Positions 9,186-17,566 of a stretch of 46,637 nt of DNA are shown here, piece by piece. The notes beneath the pieces are model-generated. The model made no database searches. It had not been told where the DNA came from and saw only the letters and a list, made by a program, of their open reading frames with translations. Positions within the stretch are counted from its first letter, which is position 1; every line of letters starts with the position of its first letter. The translations under genes and the position numbers were made by a program. Source of the DNA: Actinomycetota bacterium (lineage in GTDB: Bacteria > Actinomycetota > Actinomycetes > JACCUZ01); NCBI GenBank assembly GCA_030841025.1, contig JAVEDJ010000239.1, positions 1 to 46,637 on the forward strand. Direction: 5' to 3'.

Positions 9186-10466
9186 TCAGAGGCGCGTCAC
9201 ATGCGCGGCACGGTGTTCTGCCGTCATGTTGCGAGTGTCGAAGACTCGCCTGCTGTGCCGGACCACGTCGGCCACGTCGTACGCGGCGTGGTCGGTGTGG
9301 ATGATCACCAGGTCCGCGCCGGACAGCTCCACGGGGGTAAGGGCTCCCTCGACAGGCACGGCCTGGGTCCCGCGCAGGGGCTGCGCGGGAATGTGCGGGT
9401 CGTGCCACCGAACGATGGCGCCCTGGCTCTCGAGGCGCGAGATCAGCACGGGCGCCGGAGACTCGCGCATGTCGCCGAGGTCGCGCTTGTAGGCCACGCC
9501 GAGCACAAGGATGCGGGCGCCGGAGACGGACAGGCGGTCGCGGTTGAGGATGTCAGCGACGCGGGAGGCGACATAGCTCGGCATGCGGTCGTTGACCTCG
9601 CCGGCGAGCTCGACGAAGCGGAAGGGATAGCCCAGCCGCCGAACCCGCCAGGACAGGTAGGACGGGTCGACGGGGATGCAGTGCCCGCCAACGCCCGGCC
9701 CCGGAGTGAATGCCGCGAAACCGAAGGGCTTGGTCGATGCCGCGCCGATGGCTTCCCAGAGGTCGACACCCAGCTCGTCGCAGAAGATGGCCATCTCGTT
9801 GACCAGCGCGATGTTCACGTGGCGATAGGTGTTCTCCAGAAGCTTGGCCATCTCTGCTTCGCGCGGGCCGGAAACGACGTGCACCTGGTCGATGAACGAG
9901 GAGTAGAACTCCGCGGCGGCCGCACCCGCGGCCGGGCCCAGGCCGCCGACGACCCGCGGGGTGTTCTGCAGGCCGTAGTCCGGGTTGCCGGGGTCGATCC
10001 GCTCCGGTGAGAAGACCAGGTGGTAGTCGCGGGGGGCGTGCAGCCCGCTGAGCTCAGCGATCCGAGGGGCCAGCCGGTCCTCGGTGGTCCCTGGATAGGT
10101 CGTGGACTCGAGCACGACGAGGTCGCCCGGGTGCAACGCGGCCGCGACGGCGTCCACCGCCGAGTCGACCATGGTCAGGTCGGGCGTCTTGTCATGCAAC
10201 GGCGTCGGCACGCAGATGACGAAGACGTCGCAGGCGGTGAGGTCACCCGCATTCCCGGTGAACGACAGCAGGCCACTGGCCAACGACTTCTCCAACAGCC
10301 GGTCTTCCACGTCCTCCACCGGACTGCTGCCGGCGCACAGGCTGGCCACGCGCACCTCATCGGGGTCGTACCCGATGACTCGGTGGCCGGCACCGACGGC
10401 GGCACAGGCCAACGGGAGACCCACATATCCGAGACCGAGCACGCCTACCGTCCGACTGTTCGCCAC
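9186..10466 (-). CDS. nucleotide-sugar dehydrogenase (UDP-glucose/GDP-mannose dehydrogenase family)
   Basis: 'VGVLGLGYVGLPLA' NAD motif and 'GVGGHCIPVDP' catalytic Cys. GTG 10466 has a GGAG about 8 nt upstream. The longer ORF to 10751 has no family-like N-terminus. Confidence 0.85.
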   Translation of the reverse strand: MANSRTVGVLGLGYVGLPLACAAVGAGHRVIGYDPDEVRVASLCAGSSPVEDVEDRLLEKSLASGLLSFTGNAGDLTACDVFVICVPTPLHDKTPDLTMVDSAVDAVAAALHPGDLVVLESTTYPGTTEDRLAPRIAELSGLHAPRDYHLVFSPERIDPGNPDYGLQNTPRVVGGLGPAAGAAAAEFYSSFIDQVHVVSGPREAEMAKLLENTYRHVNIALVNEMAIFCDELGVDLWEAIGAASTKPFGFAAFTPGPGVGGHCIPVDPSYLSWRVRRLGYPFRFVELAGEVNDRMPSYVASRVADILNRDRLSVSGARILVLGVAYKRDLGDMRESPAPVLISRLESQGAIVRWHDPHIPAQPLRGTQAVPVEGALTPVELSGADLVIIHTDHAAYDVADVVRHSRRVFDTRNMTAEHRAAHVTRL

Positions 10467-10527
10467 TGGGTCTCCGTTTCGCCGTAGCCAGGCCTCGATT
10501 CTGTTGGCCACGGACGCCGCCGGGTAG

Positions 10528-10546
10528 TGGACATTGGTGCTAGGAC
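10528..10546 (+). promoter_or_regulatory. conserved upstream motif, copy 1 (upstream of HK1)
   Basis: TGGACATTGGTGCTAGGAC matches the minus-strand sequence TTGGACATTGGTTCTACGAC at 14410-14429 upstream of HK2. Confidence 0.45.
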
Positions 10547-10810
10547 GTCGCCGGGTGAGCCTGGCTGGGAACGGCCGGTTCCTCACGTCGACCGCTGGTC
10601 GGTGGCTGGGCTCACAAGTACTAAGACCATCGACCAATAGCACTCGGACACCACTTCCGGTGCATGCTGTCACCGGTGGAGCCTGCATGGGACCGGCTCC
10701 CGGGTCACTCCACTCGCGTCGGTGCGGCCCAGGACGACGCGGTGTCCCCACGCACGGGGAGGCTCGCGACCGATCAGACGATCGCTCACGGGCCGACGCG
10801 ACACAGAGGC

Positions 10811-12199
10811 ATGATGGTTCATGCCGAGGAGGGGACTGTGCTCGAACAGCCAGCTGTGAGCGAGGCGATCACGCCTGTCGTGCTCGCCGACGGGCGGCGC
10901 GCCCACCGCAGGGACCTGGAGCCGTCCCGGCGCGTCCTTGCCCGCTTCGGGATCAGCACCGCCCTTGCCTTGATGGTGATCCTGGTCGCTGGTCTCGTCT
11001 TCTCCTCGCGGGCCGCGGAGCGGGAGGGCGTCGCGGATGTGCGCCGACTGACCCACGTTCTCGCGCACAGTGTGGTGGAGCCCAACCTCACCGCCGGCCT
11101 GCTCGCGGGAGACGACGAGGCAGTGGCCGCCATGGACGACCTGGTCAAGCGACAGCTGGCCGAGAGCACCGATCTGGTCAGAGTGAAGCTCTGGGCCGAA
11201 GGCGGCCGGATCGTCTACTCCGACGAAGGACGCCTCATCGGCACCCAGTACGCGTTCGGCGATGAAGAGCTCGTGGCGCTGAAGGCGGGCACCACCGACG
11301 CCGAGGTCAGCGACCTAGGACGTAGTGAGAACCGCTTCGAACGCAACCTCGGTGGGCGGCTGCTGGAGGTCTACTCAGGGGTTCAAGCACCCGACGGAAC
11401 GCGCCTGCTCTTCGAGACCTATTTCTCCTTCGACGTCGTGCACGCGCGGCGCACGGTGCTGCTCTGGTCCTTCGCTTCCATCACCTTGGTGGGGCTCTTC
11501 GTCTTCGCAGCTTTTCAGCTCTCGCTGGGCTACACGACCGTTCGCTGGTTGCAACGCGAGCGCGAGCGGCTGCTGGAGAAGGCGGTCCGCGTGTCCGAGG
11601 ACGAGCGAAGACGGCTCGCGGCTGATCTGCACGACGGAATCGTTCAAGACCTCGTGGGCGCTGCCTACGTCGTGACCGGGACAAGTGCCGAGCTGCGGCG
11701 CCGTCGTGAGTACGACGAGTGCCAGACCAGGCTCTCCAGCGCAGCGGACAGCATCCGGACGAGCGTCCAAGGCCTCCGCTCGATGATCGTGGACCTCTAC
11801 CCGGCCAGTCTCGGCATGGCTGGCTTGCACGTGGCCATGTCCGACCTCGTGGCTCCGCTAAGGTCGCGCGGCATGTCGGTCGATCTCTTCATGCCGGAGG
11901 AGCTCCGGATTCCCGAGCACGTCCAGGCTCTGCTGTACCGAATCTCGCAGGAGGCGGTCCGCAACATCGTGCGTCATGCCCAGGCCAGCAGCGTCAGCAT
12001 CCATGTCGAGGGTCGACACGGCCGTACCGTGCTGTCCATCACGGACGACGGCACGGGATTCACGCCCGGCGGCAACTCCGTCCCCGGACACATCGGTCTG
12101 CGCACCATGGCCGACCTTGCCCAGGAGGCCGGCGCGCTGCTCGAGATCACGTCGGCGCCGGGCCGCGGGACCGCCATCGTGGTCGAGCTGCCGTCGTGA
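10811..12199 (+). CDS. sensor histidine kinase, HisKA_3 type (HK1)
   Basis: Two TM segments flank a ~170-aa extracytoplasmic domain. H-box 'DLHDGIVQDL' and HATPase 'DDGTGF...GLRTM'. The start was chosen by analogy with the paralog; 10814 is also possible. Confidence 0.85.
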   Translation: MMVHAEEGTVLEQPAVSEAITPVVLADGRRAHRRDLEPSRRVLARFGISTALALMVILVAGLVFSSRAAEREGVADVRRLTHVLAHSVVEPNLTAGLLAGDDEAVAAMDDLVKRQLAESTDLVRVKLWAEGGRIVYSDEGRLIGTQYAFGDEELVALKAGTTDAEVSDLGRSENRFERNLGGRLLEVYSGVQAPDGTRLLFETYFSFDVVHARRTVLLWSFASITLVGLFVFAAFQLSLGYTTVRWLQRERERLLEKAVRVSEDERRRLAADLHDGIVQDLVGAAYVVTGTSAELRRRREYDECQTRLSSAADSIRTSVQGLRSMIVDLYPASLGMAGLHVAMSDLVAPLRSRGMSVDLFMPEELRIPEHVQALLYRISQEAVRNIVRHAQASSVSIHVEGRHGRTVLSITDDGTGFTPGGNSVPGHIGLRTMADLAQEAGALLEITSAPGRGTAIVVELPS

Positions 12200-12831
12200 T
12201 CGGTGTCCTGCTCGTCGACGACCACCGGCTGGTCCGGACCGGCCTGGCCTCCCTTGTCGACGCCGCTGAGGACATGGCTGTCGTCGGCGTCGCGTCGGAC
12301 GGTGTGGAGGCGGTCAAGGTGGCGGCCGAGGAGCGGCCGGACGTCATCTTGATGGATCTGTCCATGCCCAACATGGACGGCATCGAGGCAACCCGCCTCA
12401 TCACTGCCGAGAACCCTGAGGCCTGCGTCCTCGTGCTGACCTCTTTCTCCGACCGTGACCGCGTCTTCGATGCGCTGCAAGCCGGCGCGGTGGGCTATCT
12501 GCTCAAGGACAGTGACCACGACGAGCTGCTTCGCGGCATCCGAGCCGCGGCAGCGGGCGGGTCGCCCCTCGACCCGCGCGTCGCGCGCGAGGTGCTCCGG
12601 GTCGGTAGCCGCCTGTCCCCCGGCGCGGTGGCCAACCTGACCGAGCGCGAGCTCGAGGTGCTGCGCCTCGTGGCGGAGGGCCTGGCCAACAAGCAGATCG
12701 CCTCTCGCCTCGGCATCACCGAGCGCACCGTGAAAGCGCATCTCGGCAGTGCCTTCCAGCGCATCGGGGTGGGCGACCGCACATCCGCCGCCCTGTGGGC
12801 GCAGCGCAACCTGTCGGCCGAGCCCGGCTGA
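12196..12831 (+). CDS. NarL/FixJ-family response regulator with LuxR HTH
   Basis: 'VLLVDDHRLVR...DVILMDLSMP' receiver domain and 'LTERELEVLRLVAEGLANKQIASRLGITERTVKAHL' LuxR HTH. GTGA overlap with the HK1 stop. Confidence 0.9.
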   Translation: MIGVLLVDDHRLVRTGLASLVDAAEDMAVVGVASDGVEAVKVAAEERPDVILMDLSMPNMDGIEATRLITAENPEACVLVLTSFSDRDRVFDALQAGAVGYLLKDSDHDELLRGIRAAAAGGSPLDPRVAREVLRVGSRLSPGAVANLTERELEVLRLVAEGLANKQIASRLGITERTVKAHLGSAFQRIGVGDRTSAALWAQRNLSAEPG

Positions 12832-12836
12832 GCCAA

Positions 12837-12856
12837 CAGGCTGATCGAACAGCCTG
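12837..12856. terminator. short hairpin (7-bp stem) between the convergent RR and HK2 genes
   Basis: CAGGCTG-atcgaa-CAGCCTG. It is embedded in a tandem 13-mer, ACAGGCTGATCGA / ACAGCCTGATCGA (12836-12861). Confidence 0.35.
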
Positions 12857-12873
12857 ATCGAATCGGCCTACCG

Positions 12874-14256
12874 TCAGGTCGGAAGCCGCATGCGGACGAT
12901 CGTTCCTTGCCCCGGCTCGGACACCACTTCCAGCAGAGCCTCGGCCTCTCTCGCCAGATCAGCCATGGCCCGCAGCCCGAGATGTTCCGCTGAGGACTCG
13001 TCTCCCACGAGGTAGCCGACGCCGTCGTCGGCGATCTCGACCACCGTGGTGGAGTCGCCGCTGTGGACCGTGAGGGTCACCTGGTGGGCCGAGGCGTGCT
13101 GCAGGATGCTGCGGAACGCCTCCTGCACCATGCGGTAGATCAACGTCTGGGAGTGCTCCGGCAGGTTCAGCTCAGCGGGAGTCTGCAGCTGGACGTCGAT
13201 GCCGCGCAGCCGCAGCGGTGCGGCAAGGTCGGAGAGCGCCACCTCGAGACCCGCCGTCTGGAGGGCCGCCGGGTAAAGGTCGACGATCATCGAGCGCAGC
13301 CGCTGGATGCTCGCCCGGATCCCGTGACTGGGCTCGCCGAGAGCGGCGGCCAGGCCTTGGTCCCCTCCGCGGCGGAGCTCGGCAGACGCGCCGGCGACGA
13401 GGAACGACGCGCCCACGAGATCCTGCACGATGCCGTCGTGCAGGTCCGAAGCAAGGCGCTTGCGATGGCCCTCGGACATCTTCACCGCCTTCTCGAGCAG
13501 GCGTTCCCGCTCACGGTGGAGCCAACGCACGGTCGTGTAACCCAGTGAGAGCTCGAAGCCGGCGAAGACGAAGAGCCCAGCCAGCGTGATGGACGCGAAT
13601 GACCGCAGGAGGACCGACCGGCGGGCGTTGACGCTCTCGAACGAGAAGTAGGCCTCGAACAGCAGCGGCGTGCCGTCAGGGGCCCGGATGCCGGAGTAGA
13701 CCTCGAGCAGGCGGCCACCGAGGGCCCGCTCCAACCGGTTCTCCGGAAGGCTCAGGTCGCTCACTTCCGCGTCCGTGCCACCATCCCGGAGTACGTGGAC
13801 CTCCTCGTCGCCGAGCGGGTAACGAGCACCGATCAGGCTCTGCGCGTCGGAATAGACGATGCGCCCGTCACCCGACCAGATCTTCACCCGGACTATGTCG
13901 GTCGGGACCAACAGACGCTGCCGGACGACCTCGTCCATCGCCGTGATCCGGTCCGACTGGCCCGCCAGCAGACCGGCCGAGAGCTGCGGCTGGATCACAG
14001 CGCTGGCCAAGACCTCCGTGATGCGGCGCACGTCGGCGACACCCTCGCGCTGCGCCGCGCGCGCGGACAGGGCCATGCCGGCGGCGAGGACAACTGCCAG
14101 GGCCAGCGCCGTCGCGAGCCCGAATCGCAGCCAGACACGTCCCCTCGACACCGGGCCTGCTGCGCCCGTTCGGCGGCCGTCTGCGAGCACCACGGGCGTC
14201 GCGGAGGGGCCGGGACGAAGCACGGACCGGTCGTCCATGTCCGACTGCCCACTCAT
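12874..14256 (-). CDS. sensor histidine kinase, HisKA_3 type, paralog of HK1 (HK2)
   Basis: Same architecture as HK1, with long identical runs ('LGGRLLEVYSG', 'SLGYTTVRWL', 'RERERLLEKAV', 'DLHDGIVQDLVGA', 'LRSMIVDLYPA'). ATG 14256 gives an N-terminus collinear with HK1. Confidence 0.8.
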   Translation of the reverse strand: MSGQSDMDDRSVLRPGPSATPVVLADGRRTGAAGPVSRGRVWLRFGLATALALAVVLAAGMALSARAAQREGVADVRRITEVLASAVIQPQLSAGLLAGQSDRITAMDEVVRQRLLVPTDIVRVKIWSGDGRIVYSDAQSLIGARYPLGDEEVHVLRDGGTDAEVSDLSLPENRLERALGGRLLEVYSGIRAPDGTPLLFEAYFSFESVNARRSVLLRSFASITLAGLFVFAGFELSLGYTTVRWLHRERERLLEKAVKMSEGHRKRLASDLHDGIVQDLVGASFLVAGASAELRRGGDQGLAAALGEPSHGIRASIQRLRSMIVDLYPAALQTAGLEVALSDLAAPLRLRGIDVQLQTPAELNLPEHSQTLIYRMVQEAFRSILQHASAHQVTLTVHSGDSTTVVEIADDGVGYLVGDESSAEHLGLRAMADLAREAEALLEVVSEPGQGTIVRMRLPT

Positions 14257-14409
14257 CGCTCGGCCACCGCCCTTCGGGCCCAGCCCGACCACAGCGGTCC
14301 GACACCGTGTCGCCGATGGTACGGGCCGCCACCACCGGCTGTCTCGACAAGCAAGGTGCGTGACCGACATCGGGACGAGAGGGTGCTCGTCGGGGCAAAC
14401 CGGGTGGTG

Positions 14410-14429
14410 GTCGTAGAACCAATGTCCAA
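14410..14429 (-). promoter_or_regulatory. conserved upstream motif, copy 2 (upstream of HK2)
   Basis: The reverse complement reads TTGGACATTGGTTCTACGAC. See copy 1. Confidence 0.45.
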
Positions 14430-14568
14430 GAGACGATCTCGCCCGGGAATGACAGGCTGATCTTCGCAGCGTCACCCGCCCGGCTTATCCCCCCCAGGCC
14501 GTGGGACGGCGTTGCCGGCCCGTCGGCCAGCTGCTACCCCCCCTCGCAGCTCACCGGCGGGCCGGGTG

Positions 14569-14589
14569 TTTTCCGGGGCCCCCGAAAAA
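14569..14589. terminator. near-palindrome TTTTCCGGGGCCCCCGAAAAA downstream of the class II aldolase gene
   Basis: GC-rich stem flanked by a T-run and an A-run (so a U-run on either strand). Lies 32 nt after the stop at 14621. Confidence 0.5.
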
Positions 14590-14620
14590 CGACGCGGCCG
14601 AGGCCCGGGATGCCCGCCGG

Positions 14621-15388
14621 TCACAGCTCCGGAGCCGGCAGGGCGAGGCCTTCCTGCTCGAGCCGGTTGACGTGAAATCGCCAGACGTTGATGTCGTTGA
14701 AGTTGCCACCGAGGTCGGGCAGCTCCGCGACGTCCTCGGGCGGCAGGACATCCGGCTTTGCGCCCACGCGCGCCAGGTCGAGGTTGATGCGCGCCAGGAC
14801 GTCGAGGTTCAGGGCGCGCACGACAGCCTGCTCGATGCTCTCGCCGCACGTCGTCACACCGTGGCCACGCAGCACGCAGACGGTCGAGCTCCCCATCGCC
14901 GCCAGCATCTCTTGCGCCAGCTCAGCGCGACGGATCAGTACCGACCGGCGGAAGACCGGTACAACGTCGAGGGCCATGCGGGCCGCAGGCATGTTGTAGG
15001 CGCCGAACACGGGGCGCAGCTCGATGTCGGCCAGTCCGGTGACCACCACGGCCGGGGGGTGCGCGTGCACCACCACCGACATGTCGTGTCGACGGCGCAG
15101 CAGCTCGGTGTGGATCGGCAGCTCGTTGGGGGCGGCATAACCGCCCTCGAGGTCCCCCTCGCCGTCGAAGTCGACGACCCGGACGTCCTCCGGGGTCGTG
15201 AACGTCAGCCCCCGTTCCCGAGGACCGCGGCATCGCACCAGCACGCGATCGCGACCGACCCGCACGCTGACGTGACCCAGCACGTCCTCGGCCAGCCCTC
15301 GGGCGCCGAGGATTCGGCAAGCGACGGCCACCTTGTGGCGCAGTGCCTCGAGCTCGTGACCCGTGACGTCGAGCCCGGTCTCAGCCAC
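14621..15388 (-). CDS. class II aldolase/adducin-domain protein (possible decarboxylase/aldolase)
   Basis: 'PIHTELLRRRHDMSVVVHAHPP' and 'LRGHGVTTCG' match class II aldolase metal-site blocks. GTG start overlaps the upstream stop by 8 nt. Confidence 0.8.
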   Translation of the reverse strand: MAETGLDVTGHELEALRHKVAVACRILGARGLAEDVLGHVSVRVGRDRVLVRCRGPRERGLTFTTPEDVRVVDFDGEGDLEGGYAAPNELPIHTELLRRRHDMSVVVHAHPPAVVVTGLADIELRPVFGAYNMPAARMALDVVPVFRRSVLIRRAELAQEMLAAMGSSTVCVLRGHGVTTCGESIEQAVVRALNLDVLARINLDLARVGAKPDVLPPEDVAELPDLGGNFNDINVWRFHVNRLEQEGLALPAPEL

Positions 15389-15896
15389 CCGCCGCCCGCC
15401 CGGCCTCCGTCAGCACCCGCTCGTCGCGGTCGGCCGCGAGCAGTGACCGCTCGCCCTTGTAGAGCGAGGCCAGCGCCAACGGACTGATGCCGAGCTCGCG
15501 TGCCACCTGGTGGATCTCGAGCTTGTGCATCCGTCCACCGGCCTGCGCGACACGGGTCAGCAGCTGCCGGACGGCCGGGGGATCAGCGACGTCGGGGTCG
15601 GACACCTCGGGCGAGTCAGCCAGCAGCGCGTCGAGCTGCCGCGAGAGCGCGCGCAGCGCAAGCCGTAGCCGCGTGGCCTCGTCAATCTCCCGCGGGGCGT
15701 CGACGGTGCCCTGCCAGGTGCGCTGGGGGTGTCGCCGGAGGTACTCCTCCTCCAGCTCGAGCATCCGCTCGGTGTGATGACGGAACTGGTCGCTGGTGCC
15801 GTGGTGGAACACCCAGTCACGGGTTGCGTGGGCATAGTTCGCCTGCTGGTCGAGCTCCTCGTCCGACAGCTCGCGGGCGGGTCTGGCTTGCTTCAC
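15381..15896 (-). CDS. hypothetical protein (helical N-domain, HTH-like C-terminal segment)
   Basis: The ORF overlaps both neighbours (GTGA with the ALDH stop, 8 nt with the aldolase start). GC3-rich codons. The 'LEIHQVARELGISPLALASLYKG' segment looks HTH-like. No enzyme motif recognised. Confidence 0.6.
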   Translation of the reverse strand: MKQARPARELSDEELDQQANYAHATRDWVFHHGTSDQFRHHTERMLELEEEYLRRHPQRTWQGTVDAPREIDEATRLRLALRALSRQLDALLADSPEVSDPDVADPPAVRQLLTRVAQAGGRMHKLEIHQVARELGISPLALASLYKGERSLLAADRDERVLTEAGRAAGG

Positions 15897-17365
15897 TGGG
15901 CACTCCTCCTCGGACCGGACGACGGCACCGGCACATCGTCGTGGATGGCCATCACGACTGCCTTCGGCTCGGTGAAGAACTCCCGGCTGAACGAGCCGCC
16001 CTCGCGGCCCACGCCGGAATCACCCACTCCGCCGAAGGGAGCACGCAGGTCGCGGATGAAGAAGCAGTTGGTCCACACGGTGCCGGCCTTGAGGGCCGCT
16101 GAGACCCGGTGCGCGCGAGACAGGTTCTCGGTGAAAAGCATGGCGTTCAGGCCGTACGGCGTGTCGTTGGCCAGTGCCACGGCCTCGGCCTCCGAGTCGA
16201 AGGGCTGTACGACGACGACCGGTCCGAACACCTCTTCCCGGTAGACCCGGGCGGTCGGCGGAGCGTGCACGACGGTGGGCCGGACGACCCAGCCGTCGTC
16301 GAGGCCACCGGCAAGGACCTCGCCGCCGTCTGCCTCGATCCCGTCGACGTACGACCGCACCTTCTTGTAGTGCTCTTCGGAGGCCAGTGGGCCGAGCTGG
16401 GTCGCGCGGTCCTTCGGGTCACCGAGCCGCAGGGCTGCCGCGGCCGCCGTGAAGCGCGCGAGGAACTCCGGCATCACGGAGCGCTCGACGAACAGCCGGC
16501 TGCCCGCCAGGCAGACCTGGCCGGCGTTCGAGAAGATGGCCTGCACCGACCACGGCACGGCGGTGTCGAGGTCCGCGTCCGCGAAGACGAGGTTCGCACC
16601 CTTGCCGCCGAGCTCGAGGCTCACCGGGGTGAGGTTCGCTGCTGCAGCGCGAGCGATGGCGCGACCCGTGCCGGACTCGCCGGTGAAGGTGATGCGGTCC
16701 ACCCGCGGATCCTCGGTGAGAGCCTGGCCCGCCGAGTCGGGGCCGAAGCCGTGCACGACGTTGAGCACGCCGGGCGGCATCCCCGCCTCCAGCGCCAGTC
16801 GAGCAAGCATCGTCGCCGAAGTGGGGGTGTCCTCGGCGGGCTTGAGCACGACGGTGTTGCCCCACGCCAGGGCCGGCGCCACCTTCCACGTCTCGAGCAT
16901 CAGCGGGAAGTTCCAGGGAGCGATGGCCGCGACGACACCGGCGGGCTCGAACCGGGTGTAGGCGTGGTGCCCGGTGTCCATCGGGAGCGCCTCCCCCGCG
17001 GCCAGCCGTGCATGGTCGGCGAAGAAGCGGAAGTTCAGGGCAGACCTCGGAACGTCCTTGCCCGTGCTGTCCGAGATGGGCTTTCCCATGTCGCGCGTGT
17101 CCGCGAGAGCGAGCTCTTCGGTGTGCTCCACCATCAGGTCGGCGAGGCGGTGCAGCACTGCCCCGCGTTCCGCGAAGCCCATCCGCGGCCAGGGGCCGTC
17201 GTCGAAGGCGCGGCGCGCTGCAGCGACAGCTCGGTCGGCCTCGCCCTGCCCTCCCAGGGCAACCTCGGCCCAGGCCTCTCGGGTCCAGGGGTCGACCGTG
17301 TGGAACCGGGCACCGCCTTCGGACTCGACCTCCTCGCCGTCAATGACGTGGGGCACCAGATCCAT
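15893..17365 (-). CDS. NAD(P)-dependent aldehyde dehydrogenase, 2-hydroxymuconate-semialdehyde dehydrogenase-like
   Basis: 'LELGGKG' and 'NAGQVCLAGSR' (catalytic Cys). Lies directly downstream of the 4-OT gene in the meta-pathway operon. Confidence 0.85.
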   Translation of the reverse strand: MDLVPHVIDGEEVESEGGARFHTVDPWTREAWAEVALGGQGEADRAVAAARRAFDDGPWPRMGFAERGAVLHRLADLMVEHTEELALADTRDMGKPISDSTGKDVPRSALNFRFFADHARLAAGEALPMDTGHHAYTRFEPAGVVAAIAPWNFPLMLETWKVAPALAWGNTVVLKPAEDTPTSATMLARLALEAGMPPGVLNVVHGFGPDSAGQALTEDPRVDRITFTGESGTGRAIARAAAANLTPVSLELGGKGANLVFADADLDTAVPWSVQAIFSNAGQVCLAGSRLFVERSVMPEFLARFTAAAAALRLGDPKDRATQLGPLASEEHYKKVRSYVDGIEADGGEVLAGGLDDGWVVRPTVVHAPPTARVYREEVFGPVVVVQPFDSEAEAVALANDTPYGLNAMLFTENLSRAHRVSAALKAGTVWTNCFFIRDLRAPFGGVGDSGVGREGGSFSREFFTEPKAVVMAIHDDVPVPSSGPRRSAQ

Positions 17366-17367
17366 GG

Positions 17368-17565
17368 CTAGCCATCCTTCCGCTGCTCTGCGATCGTAAT
17401 GTCGCCCGCCGCCCAGTGGGTGGCCGGAACCTCGCGCAGCACCACCCGCACGTTGGCTCGTGGGGCGCCGATGGCGCCTTCCACGGCGTCGGTCAGGGCG
17501 GTGATGAGCCCGCGCAGCTGCGCAGGGGTACGTCCCTCGACCAGGGTCACTTCCACAAGCGGCAC
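17368..17565 (-). CDS. dmpI: 4-oxalocrotonate tautomerase family protein
   Basis: GTG 17565 with a GGAGG RBS gives (M)PLVEVTLVEGRT..., the Pro-1 N-terminus typical of ~60-70 aa 4-OT enzymes. The longer 82-aa ORF was rejected. Confidence 0.75.
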   Translation of the reverse strand: MPLVEVTLVEGRTPAQLRGLITALTDAVEGAIGAPRANVRVVLREVPATHWAAGDITIAEQRKDG

Positions 17566-17566
17566 G

